DNA from: Myxococcota bacterium
GTDB lineage: Bacteria > Myxococcota_A > Polyangia > Polyangiales > Sandaracinaceae
Assembly: GCA_036149055.1 (NCBI GenBank)
Contig: JAYZQJ010000007.1
Span: 32,001-96,000, forward strand
Length of the DNA: 64,000 bases
Reading direction: 5' to 3'
The position numbers and the translations under genes were made by a program. Position 1 is the first letter of the stretch, and each line of letters begins with the position of its first letter. Of this stretch, positions 1 to 7,940 are shown one piece after another. Below the pieces are notes generated by a model. It searched no databases. It saw only the letters and a program-made list of their open reading frames with translations, and was not told where the DNA came from.

Positions 1-73
1 CCTCGAGGAGCCCCGGCAGCTGCCGGCGTAGCGGTGTCAGGTCGCCAGCGATGAGGACCACCGACTTGCTCAT
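1..73 (-). CDS. possible 5' end of a hypothetical protein running off the window (MSKSVVLIAGDL...)
   Basis: ATG at 73, open to position 1, same orientation as the neighbouring orphan genes. An alternative ATG at 137 is in another frame. Confidence 0.3.
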   Translation of the reverse strand, partial: MSKSVVLIAGDLTPLRRQLPGLLE

Positions 74-164
74 CGGAGAATCGCCACCTTCGCTCCAGCT
101 CGGAGCCGTCGGGACGACGCGCGGCGATCCAGGGCATCGTGCGTCACGACGCGCACACCCCCTC

Positions 165-773
165 CTAGGACTCGTCCACGGCGTCAGCGTGTCCAGGCCA
201 GAGCTCGGGGTCGCCTGCGCTCAGGTAGGGCGAGTCCGGTCCGCCTCCCGACGCGGGATCAGCCCACATCAGCCCTCCTCCGCCTGACGCCTCGACCACG
301 CACTGGAGTCCTCCCTCGTGTCGACGAATGCCGAGCATGATCTCCTCCCCGTGATCGCCCTTCCCCAGCGTGAACGCCGAAGACCGAGACCTCGAACCGA
401 TACAGACCGAGCGCGAGAGGAGCTCCTCTCGGGCGTACCTGAGGGCCTTCGATAGCAAGTCCGGCAGCTGCGATGAGCGCCCCAGGAGCCCCAGAGGCTC
501 AGCCAGGACGACGCCCGCCTCCGGATCGCCCGACAACGCGTCCTGGATGAAGCGAAGACTCTCGGCTCTCGACGCCCTCACCTCCGAGCAACGCCACTCG
601 TGCGCCATCAGCTCACCGAGCCACTCGAGGTGCGCATCCGTTGCCAGAGTGAGCCCCATGTCGAGGGCTCGTGCGTGGGCCTCGCGCCGTCGATGGTCGG
701 CCAGCTTCCGGAGCCTCTCGGGAAGCTCACCGGTCATCGTGTTTCGCAGAGGAGCGGCTGATGTCAGGGCCAC
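165..773 (-). CDS. hypothetical protein (orphan island)
   Basis: 202-aa ORF with protein-like composition; start overlaps the end of the upstream gene; no motif recognised. Confidence 0.55.
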   Translation of the reverse strand: MALTSAAPLRNTMTGELPERLRKLADHRRREAHARALDMGLTLATDAHLEWLGELMAHEWRCSEVRASRAESLRFIQDALSGDPEAGVVLAEPLGLLGRSSQLPDLLSKALRYAREELLSRSVCIGSRSRSSAFTLGKGDHGEEIMLGIRRHEGGLQCVVEASGGGGLMWADPASGGGPDSPYLSAGDPELWPGHADAVDES

Positions 774-1222
774 GATTCGACTTCATGAAAGTCTCCGTAC
801 ACGGGGTCGTTCTGTGCGTGGTCGAGGGTGACGCCCGAGCTCAGGTCTTCCGATACGGCCGAGAAGCCCTCGAACCCGCTCGACAGACAAGCGGACAGGA
901 AGGCGTGCGACAGCGATCCAGCGAAGAAGCCGCTGCCGCCCGAGCCAGAGTAGAGCTCGACGAGCGCACACTCCAGCCTCGAAGCGAGCGCGAGGAACTC
1001 GCGCACCGCGCCATCGGCGGTGTCGTGCCGACTGACGCGGAGCTGGCCCCGCTCGCGGAACCACTTCGAGCGCGAGTAGAGACACGTCTGAAGGCGCAGC
1101 GAGCGCTCCGCGAGGACCGGGACCAGCGGCGGCTCTCCGAGCATCCGTCTCAACGCGTCGACCTCACGGCCGGCCTGCCGCTGCGCGCGTCGATGGTGGA
1201 GTATGCGCGCTCGCGTGGTCAT
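764..1222 (-). CDS. hypothetical protein, possibly immunity-like
   Basis: 152-aa ORF in the co-oriented array; size and acidic/aromatic C-terminus (DHAQNDPVYGDFHEVESWP) resemble toxin-immunity proteins (inference). Confidence 0.55.
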   Translation of the reverse strand: MTTRARILHHRRAQRQAGREVDALRRMLGEPPLVPVLAERSLRLQTCLYSRSKWFRERGQLRVSRHDTADGAVREFLALASRLECALVELYSGSGGSGFFAGSLSHAFLSACLSSGFEGFSAVSEDLSSGVTLDHAQNDPVYGDFHEVESWP

Positions 1223-1243
1223 GGGGTTCTCGCTGCGGCGGCA

Positions 1244-2152
1244 TCACGGTCGTTTCGGTTTGCCGCGTAGCCTGTCGTGGAGCCCGAGCGGGCGTGCTCG
1301 GCCCTGTGAGTCCTGACGTATCGTGATGCTACCTCCCGGCGGCAGCTCCAGGTGAAGCTCGCGAGTCAGAAGTCGCCCATCGGCTCCTCGTTCCTCTCGC
1401 CAAGCCGCGCTCAGGCCCGGAATCGCCCTGAGGAGGCGCGCGGGATCAGGGGTCGTCGTGGCGGCGTCGGTGGAGCCGACCATGAGCCGTCGCGCCGCGT
1501 ACCCTCTGGCCGAGAAGGTCAGTCGAGAGCGGGGCGTCGTGCTGAAGACGAGGTCGAACAGCCGAGGGTCTGGGCGGCGAAACGACGGGGGGAGGAAATC
1601 CAACCTGCTCGCGCAGCGTCGCCGAGCGAGGCGGCGGGTCCCGAGGCTGCGTAGTCTCTCTCGCATCGCGGCGGCGAGCTCGGGCAGTGCGGAGCCCGGT
1701 AGCGGCTGGTAGGTGAAGGAACCGTCGATCACGGAGAACGCGACGCGGTACCAGTGATCGGCGTAGACCGGCCAAAGCCGGCTCAGCCAGAGCTCGTAGA
1801 CCACGATTTCCGCGCCGTCGCTCGGACCCGCCGCAACGAGCTCGGCGAGGTCGCTCGGTCCCACATCGGCAGGGAGGTCCGCGGAGCACGACAGATGCCA
1901 ACAGGGATCTCCCACCGCCAACCACTCGATGGCGCCGCCACACTGCGCCGCGCGCTCGAGCTCGTCCCGGTGGGTCGGGAAGAGCTCGTCGGTCAACTCC
2001 GCCCCATGCGGTCCGCTGATGCCATACAGCTCATGGGCCGCTGCCGCTGCGCGGGGTGCGTGTCGCGCGAGTTGTTCGAGGTAGCGACGCGCAACGCGCT
2101 TGGAGCCGGCGCCATACACTCGCCGTACGCCGACCTCCATGTCGTCCCCCAC
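1244..2152 (-). CDS. hypothetical protein
   Basis: 302-aa ORF rich in W/Y/F (YELWLSRLWPVYADHWYRVAF); tightly packed in the array. Confidence 0.6.
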   Translation of the reverse strand: MGDDMEVGVRRVYGAGSKRVARRYLEQLARHAPRAAAAAHELYGISGPHGAELTDELFPTHRDELERAAQCGGAIEWLAVGDPCWHLSCSADLPADVGPSDLAELVAAGPSDGAEIVVYELWLSRLWPVYADHWYRVAFSVIDGSFTYQPLPGSALPELAAAMRERLRSLGTRRLARRRCASRLDFLPPSFRRPDPRLFDLVFSTTPRSRLTFSARGYAARRLMVGSTDAATTTPDPARLLRAIPGLSAAWREERGADGRLLTRELHLELPPGGSITIRQDSQGRARPLGLHDRLRGKPKRP

Positions 2153-2228
2153 TGGCTGCAGCCTACCTCGCGAAATGTCTGCTCTTCGAGCAGCTTCTCG
2201 CTTGGGCCGAGCATCGCGCAGCCTCTGC

Positions 2229-3149
2229 TCAGAGCCGCTCGAGGTCCTCCAGCGCCTGCCATGCTTCCCAACGACGGCCTCCCAGCGTGTACCCGGAGCT
2301 CCCGGAGCCGTCTTCCAGCAGCGCAGTGAAGGTCAGATCCTCGAGCAACAAGAGAGAGCGAGGACCTTCTCTCCACACTCGCCATGCGGGCTCATCTCCA
2401 CTCGGCGTCGGGAGCGACGCGAGCTCGGGGTGCGATTCTACTTCGACGGCGTGGTCAGCATCGGAGAGTGCCGCGAGCGTGAAGGCTCGCGCGAGCTCCG
2501 GCCCCACGGCGGCCATTCTTGCGAGCGGCCGGACGCACCAGCTGCCATCCGGCGAGCTCCACACCAACACGCTCGCGAGCGAGCCAGCCGCACAAACGAC
2601 GCGCTCGACGTGCTTCAGAGCGTCGGCCAGCGCCTCCCGGTGCTCGGAGCCCACAACCGAGAGCGCCGGCCACAGCAGTCCCGATTCGACCGCGCCCGGA
2701 CCGATGCGAACCACGTCGGCTCGGAGCTCGTCGGGAGAAGTCGCTTCGACCGAGGAAGACCACTGCTCACGCGCCAGGAGAAGTCGCTTTCTAGCTTCGG
2801 ACGGCGCGAGGCCGTGCTCCGTGCTCACCTGCTCGATAGCCGAACGCATCCCGCTCCTGGCCCCGATTCCCACGGCCTCCTCGAAGAGATCGTCGTCGAG
2901 CGACTTCAGGGAGTGACGCACGCGCAGTCGAGTCGCCTGGCGATCCAGGATGCCCAGTTGAATGCGCATGAACGCTCGAAGACGCAGCAGTCTTCGCCAA
3001 GCATTCGCTACGTGCAGCCACTGCTCTGGTTCACGACCCATCGGAACCGCCTGGTTCGTGAGCCCCACGACTTCGCGATGGCAAGCCAATATCCGTGAGA
3101 GCAGGTTGATGCTGTCGTCATTCAGACGACCAGGGAGTGCCACCATCAA
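2229..3149 (-). CDS. hypothetical protein
   Basis: 306-aa ORF with GGAG upstream; the competing + strand ORF 2100..3098 looks like a shadow. Confidence 0.55.
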   Translation of the reverse strand: MMVALPGRLNDDSINLLSRILACHREVVGLTNQAVPMGREPEQWLHVANAWRRLLRLRAFMRIQLGILDRQATRLRVRHSLKSLDDDLFEEAVGIGARSGMRSAIEQVSTEHGLAPSEARKRLLLAREQWSSSVEATSPDELRADVVRIGPGAVESGLLWPALSVVGSEHREALADALKHVERVVCAAGSLASVLVWSSPDGSWCVRPLARMAAVGPELARAFTLAALSDADHAVEVESHPELASLPTPSGDEPAWRVWREGPRSLLLLEDLTFTALLEDGSGSSGYTLGGRRWEAWQALEDLERL

Positions 3150-3207
3150 AGGGCTCCTTCACGAAGAAGGTTCGCGGCGTGCTTCCAACCGAGACTTGGT
3201 CCGAGTG

Positions 3208-3654
3208 TCATGCCGGGACAGGACGCTCACCCGTTCGTAGTGCGGCGAGCACCACCGGTTCAGAGCTTCGGATGAACTTCTCGATCTCCTCGCGGAGGGC
3301 ATTCCACTTCCCGCTCGAACGCGGAGCTTCGAGCTTGGCAGCAACGGCGCGCTGACCCGCATCGAACGCTGACCCGAGGAGGCCGCCCTCTGGGTCACTC
3401 ACGACATCCGCGCTCACCAGAACGGCGTCGCCGCGAAGGGTGAGCACGACCTCGACGACGACCGCATCGAAATCCTTGTCGGCGGTCACGGGAAAGCTCG
3501 CCGCAAAGCTGCCGCATCTTTCGGAAGGCAGGTGAGCCTCCCGGGTGGGACGACCCATGCTTTCCGGTCCTCGCCGCCTCACCGAATCGACGAGCGAGGA
3601 CAACTCCAGGTCGATCACAGGGGCCAGGAAATCGAACAGTTTCTTCACAGACAT
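3208..3654 (-). CDS. hypothetical protein
   Basis: Start moved to MSVKKLFDF (ATG 3654) with GAAGAGG upstream. Confidence 0.6.
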   Translation of the reverse strand: MSVKKLFDFLAPVIDLELSSLVDSVRRRGPESMGRPTREAHLPSERCGSFAASFPVTADKDFDAVVVEVVLTLRGDAVLVSADVVSDPEGGLLGSAFDAGQRAVAAKLEAPRSSGKWNALREEIEKFIRSSEPVVLAALRTGERPVPA

Positions 3655-3806
3655 CACTTCGCCTCTTCCCGCCAGGGCAACGCACTTCCGGACGGTCAGC
3701 AGTCGCCCGACTTCGGCCGCTTCTCCTCGTCGCCGATGGCCGCTCGAACCTGGCACTCAGACTCCGCGTAGTGATGTCGTACTCGGTCCGGCGGACGGGT
3801 CGAAGC

Positions 3807-4340
3807 TCAATCGAAGACGTCCAGGACCCGCATTGGCCGTCCGGTATCCGCAGTGACTGCCGGTAGGCTGGAGTGCTTCTCCAGGACGAAGGCATAGCCA
3901 GCTTCAACGATCTCGCCGGCCATTCCGCTTCGTCGCCGGAACCCGGAGACGGACACAGCGTAGTTTCCACGGGGGACGGGGGCGGAAAGCCCTTCGTATG
4001 CGTGGGCGTCCGACCATTCCATCAGCTGCGCCACATCCGCGACTACCACTCCTCGGTCAACCCTGAGCGCATACACAGCGTTCGCGCAAACCACGTCCTC
4101 CATTGAGATGGGTTCCGTGGACACCGACACGGAGTAGGTGTCGGCGTCGATCGCCAGGATCGGTACCACTAGTCCCGAGCGTAGGACTTCGTCACCGCTC
4201 TCACTCGAGAGGTACTCTCGAAGGAGGTTTCTTCCGTCCTGCAACGTTGCGCCGTACGCCTCACGGAACACCACTGGATCGTAGAGAATGAGACCGTTCG
4301 CGTCTGTCGTCACCTCGCCCCGCCAGATCATCTCGTGCAT
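3807..4340 (-). CDS. hypothetical protein, possibly an immunity protein
   Basis: 177 aa, GGAAGAGG RBS, beta-rich pattern (TTDANGLILYDP...PRGNYAVSV), low-GC codon usage. Confidence 0.7.
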   Translation of the reverse strand: MHEMIWRGEVTTDANGLILYDPVVFREAYGATLQDGRNLLREYLSSESGDEVLRSGLVVPILAIDADTYSVSVSTEPISMEDVVCANAVYALRVDRGVVVADVAQLMEWSDAHAYEGLSAPVPRGNYAVSVSGFRRRSGMAGEIVEAGYAFVLEKHSSLPAVTADTGRPMRVLDVFD

Positions 4341-4517
4341 CCTCTTCCGGAGGTCAGCTACGGAATACGGAGGTGCGTCGCAACTCTCGAGCGGATGCGA
4401 GCGCGAATGGAAGCTCTGTACGCGCAGGCGCCGATTCCGCTGGCGTGAGCGCAGCCGCCATGGCTTTCTGCGGCCCTTCTACCACGACATCGATTGTCAG
4501 CAGTCGAGGGTGGGGCC

Positions 4518-4784
4518 GTGACCGATGACGACATCGTCAGGGCGCGGCGGAATCGCCTGATCGCGTTGGCGCTCGCGGGGACGACCGCGGGGCTCGCCGG
4601 GTGCTCCGAGGTGGCGGGGATCAAGACCGAGCGTCCGAAGCAGGAGCCGCCCGTGGCCGGGATGTCGCTGGAGCCTGCCATTCCACCCCCGCCCGCCGAC
4701 ATGGATCCGTTCTGCCCGCCGCCGCCCCGGGAGCGGCCGGACGAGCCGGAGGAGCCGCCGCGGCCGTGTTTGTCGCTGTTCTGA
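4518..4784 (+). CDS. small Pro-rich lipoprotein/peptide ending PRPCLSLF
   Basis: GTG start; RRNR followed by a hydrophobic stretch and an LAGC lipobox; Pro-rich tail. Confidence 0.6.
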   Translation: MTDDDIVRARRNRLIALALAGTTAGLAGCSEVAGIKTERPKQEPPVAGMSLEPAIPPPPADMDPFCPPPPRERPDEPEEPPRPCLSLF

Positions 4785-4870
4785 GGTGACGATTTGTCGC
4801 GGGGGCTCGACATTCGGAATCGATGGGCCCCATAGACCGTTCGCCTCCCCGGATGAGGAAGGACGACGGC

Positions 4871-5329
4871 ATGACCGCCTTGATGACCCTCGAACCCGAC
4901 GCGCGCCGATCGGTGCTCGGCCTCCTCGCCTGCATGGCCGGCGCGGACGGCGACGTGTCCGATGAAGAGCGCGAGGCGCTCCGCGGCGCCGAGCTGGCCC
5001 TCGGGCTGCCCGAGGGCTCCTGCCTCACGGTGCCGACCCTCGACGAGATCCCGCTCTCCCACCTCGACCGGAAGAGCCGGCTGCTCGCCTACGCGGGCGC
5101 GGTCTGGATGATGCTCGCCGACGGGCTGACGCTGCGCGGGGAGTCCTCGCTGCTCGCCGACCTGGCCGAGCGCCTGCACGTCGGCCCCGACATGGCGCGC
5201 TTCCTGGGCTCGTTCGCCCGCTGGGTGCGCACCGAGACCGATCTGCCGTGGCACCGCGAGGCGGAGCTGCTCTTCACCGAGGCGGCGCGGCGGCTCGCTC
5301 GGGTCGAGGCGCATCGGCGCGCGGCCTGA
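4871..5329 (+). CDS. TerB-like domain protein
   Basis: MAGADGDVSDEE and MLADG...E repeats typical of TerB-like folds. Confidence 0.7.
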   Translation: MTALMTLEPDARRSVLGLLACMAGADGDVSDEEREALRGAELALGLPEGSCLTVPTLDEIPLSHLDRKSRLLAYAGAVWMMLADGLTLRGESSLLADLAERLHVGPDMARFLGSFARWVRTETDLPWHREAELLFTEAARRLARVEAHRRAA

Positions 5330-5975
5330 CCGTCCCGAAGACCCAGTCCCACAGCGGGCTCGAGATGCCCCAGGCCGCCCGGCCTTCGTGCTCGTAGTGG
5401 TGCGAGAGGTGGTGGCGGCGGATGGCCCGCAGGAGACGCGAGCGCGGCCGGCCGTGGTGCGCGATGTGATGCACCGCCTCGTAGGCGAGGTAGGCCGCGA
5501 GGAAGCCGACCATCGCCATCCTCCAGCCGGCGCCGAGGGTCAGCTGGAAGACGCCCAGCATCAGCAGCGCGAGCGAGCCGATCTGCACCGGGGTGGCCGC
5601 CAGCCGCGAGGGCTCCCGCGGCGAGACGTGGTGGTGGCCGTGCACGATGAAGGTGGTGACCTTCCCAGGGTCCCTCCGGCTCGGGAAGTGGAACAGCCAG
5701 CGGTGCATGGCGTACTCGACCAGGGTCCAGCTCAGCGCGCCGAGCGCGACGAGGGCCGGGGCCCACGCGTTCCTCGGCGCGGCTTCGAGCAGCCAGCCGA
5801 TCGCCGGCGTCACGAGCAGGAACGGGAGCGCCGGGTGCCCGGCGAAGATGAGGTGCTCGGGCACGAAGCTCCGGAAGAGCCGCACCCGAGACGACGCCCG
5901 GGGGCCCCTCCGCGGGGTCCAGGGCCGCCGCGCCGCCTCGACGCACTCCTCCGTGAAGGGTCCCGTTCCGCTCAC
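5274..5975 (-). CDS. fatty acid hydroxylase / sterol desaturase family membrane protein
   Basis: His boxes EYAMHRWLFH, HGHHH, YEAVHHIAH, HHLSHH; TM segments; WGISSPLWDWVFGT. Confidence 0.85.
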   Translation of the reverse strand: MSGTGPFTEECVEAARRPWTPRRGPRASSRVRLFRSFVPEHLIFAGHPALPFLLVTPAIGWLLEAAPRNAWAPALVALGALSWTLVEYAMHRWLFHFPSRRDPGKVTTFIVHGHHHVSPREPSRLAATPVQIGSLALLMLGVFQLTLGAGWRMAMVGFLAAYLAYEAVHHIAHHGRPRSRLLRAIRRHHLSHHYEHEGRAAWGISSPLWDWVFGTVRPRADAPRPERAAAPPR

Positions 5976-5991
5976 GATCGGAAACGTAAGG

Positions 5992-7560
5992 TCAATCGAC
6001 CACGAATTCCTCTTCGCCGGGCGGGGTGTAGACGACCTTGTAGAGATCGGTGCGCCGGTCCATCCAGTTCTGGACGGTGCCGGTGCGGCGCGCGCGGCGG
6101 AGGAGCTCGAGGTCCACGTCCTGGAAGAGCACGGTCTCGACGTTGGGCTCCGCCTCGACCGCGACGCCGTCCCGCGCGAAGGGGATGTCGCTGGGGGTGA
6201 AGATGCCGCTCTGTGCGTAGTGGGTGTCGGCGTTCTCCACGAGCGGGAGGTTGCCGACGCAGCCCGCGTTGACGACGTAGACCTGGTTCTCGATGGCCCG
6301 GGCCTGGCAGCAGAGGCGCACCCGGAGGTGGCCGTGGCGGTCGTTGGTGTTCGAGGGGACGAAGAGGATCTTCGCGCCCTTCTTCACCGCCACGCGCGCC
6401 AGCTCCGGGAACTCGCTGTCGTAGCAGATGAGGATGGCGACCTTGCCGAAGTCGGTGTCGAAGATCTCGACCTTGTCGCCGCCCGCGATGCCCCACCACT
6501 TGGCCTCGTTCGGGGTGACGTGGATCTTCTTCTGCTTGCCGATCGTGCCGTCGCGGCCGAAGAGGTAGGCGATGTTGTAGAGGAGGCCGTCCTCCTCGAG
6601 GGCGAGCTGGCTGCCGCCGATGATGTTGACGTTGTAGTGCGTCGCGAGCCGGCTGAAGAGCTCGAGGTACTTCGGCGTGAAGTCGGCGAGGCGGCGCGCG
6701 CCCTCCTCGGGGCGGCGCTCGTCGATCAGCGACAGGAGCTGCACGGTGAACAGCTCGGGGAAGCAGAGGAAGTCGGCCTTGTAGTCGCTGGCGGTGTCGA
6801 CGAAGAACTCGCACTGCCGCTCGAACTCCTCCCAGCTCTCGAGCAGACGCATCTTGTATTGCACGAGCGAGAGGCGCACCGAGAGCACCGAGCGCCGCAT
6901 CTTCTTGCGGCGGGACTTCGGCACGTAGTCCAGGTTCGGCCACTCGAGGCAGGTGGCCCAGCCGGCCGAGTCCTCGTCGTTGGGGAGGTAGTCCTCGATG
7001 AGCTGCCGGAGCTGGAAGCCGTTCGACAGCTGGGTGGTGAGGACGGGGTCGTAGAGCTGCTTGGTGATGACCCGCTCGACGTACTCGTGCGCGGTCATCT
7101 CGTCCTTGTGGTCGGCGTACCCCGGGATGCGGCCGCCGATGATCATGCGCGCGCAGTTGAACTCGCGGGCGATGCGCTTGCGCTCCTCGTAGAGCCGCCG
7201 CGCGAGCTTCTGCCCGCGGTAGTCCGGGTGGACCATCATCTCGATCCCGTAGAGGGTGTCGCCCTCCGGGTCGTGGTTCTCGAGGTAGCCGTTGCCCGAG
7301 ATCTCGAGGTAGTCGTGCCAGTCGGTGTAGTCGTCGTACTGGACGACGAGCGCGGAGCTCGAGGCGACCATCACCCCGTCCACCTCGATGCAGACCTGCC
7401 CCTCGGGGAACTGGTCGATCATGCTCTTCATCTGCGCGGGCAGCCACGGCTTGAGCGTGGGGAAGCACTTCTTCAGGAGCCCCCGCCACTCCTCGTAGTC
7501 GTCGTGCCGGAGCTGCCGCACGCGGATGCGCGTCTCGAATTCGCTGAGGTCGATTCCCAT
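5992..7560 (-). CDS. bifunctional GNAT acetyltransferase / carbon-nitrogen hydrolase (nitrilase superfamily)
   Basis: GNAT motif VHPDYRGQKLA; nitrilase triad FPE, KIH, ICYDSEFPE; start MGIDLSEF at 7560. Confidence 0.9.
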   Translation of the reverse strand: MGIDLSEFETRIRVRQLRHDDYEEWRGLLKKCFPTLKPWLPAQMKSMIDQFPEGQVCIEVDGVMVASSSALVVQYDDYTDWHDYLEISGNGYLENHDPEGDTLYGIEMMVHPDYRGQKLARRLYEERKRIAREFNCARMIIGGRIPGYADHKDEMTAHEYVERVITKQLYDPVLTTQLSNGFQLRQLIEDYLPNDEDSAGWATCLEWPNLDYVPKSRRKKMRRSVLSVRLSLVQYKMRLLESWEEFERQCEFFVDTASDYKADFLCFPELFTVQLLSLIDERRPEEGARRLADFTPKYLELFSRLATHYNVNIIGGSQLALEEDGLLYNIAYLFGRDGTIGKQKKIHVTPNEAKWWGIAGGDKVEIFDTDFGKVAILICYDSEFPELARVAVKKGAKILFVPSNTNDRHGHLRVRLCCQARAIENQVYVVNAGCVGNLPLVENADTHYAQSGIFTPSDIPFARDGVAVEAEPNVETVLFQDVDLELLRRARRTGTVQNWMDRRTDLYKVVYTPPGEEEFVVD

Positions 7561-7665
7561 CGCGGCGCATCTTAGTCGCAACCCGCGGGCTCGCGAGCGG
7601 GAAACGATCTTCGGGCATTGACTTTCGATCTGAAGTGACTCAAGACGTCTCTCGGAGCTCTCATC

Positions 7666-7782
7666 ATGACGGCCCGGACCCCGCTCACGACCGACCTCAC
7701 GCGTGCCCCCTCGGCGCGCGGGCGGTGTGCTGCGTCCCGGCCGTCCTACGCGCTCCTCTCGGTCTGGCCGGTCTCGCGCTGA
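7666..7782 (+). CDS. putative leader peptide (uORF) MTARTPLTTDLTRAPSARGRCAASRPSYALLSVWPVSR
   Basis: GGAG 8 nt before ATG 7666; TGA at 7780-7782 is followed immediately by an 11-bp stem arm. Confidence 0.45.
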   Translation: MTARTPLTTDLTRAPSARGRCAASRPSYALLSVWPVSR

Positions 7783-7909
7783 CCGCGGCGGGATTCCCCG
7801 CGTGGCGCGCCCGATCTGCGTGCCCTCGCGTCCCCGCCGCGGTGTGAGCGTGTCACCCGACGTCCGTCCGGGCGTCGACCCTCTCGTCCGCCGCGAGCCG
7901 GCGCGGCGG
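7782..7909 (+). promoter_or_regulatory. alternative hairpins in the EF-G leader (attenuator-like)
   Basis: ACCGCGGCGGG 7782-7792 pairs with CCCGCCGCGGT 7833-7843; CCGCCGCG 7888-7895 pairs with CGCGGCGG 7902-7909; the segments are cross-complementary. Confidence 0.45.
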
Positions 7910-7940
7910 GCGTGCATCGGTACGTCTTCTGGAGGTCATC

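Noticed and set aside
165..4340. Integron cassette array
   Set aside because: I found no repeated attC-like sites between genes, some genes overlap, and there is no integrase.
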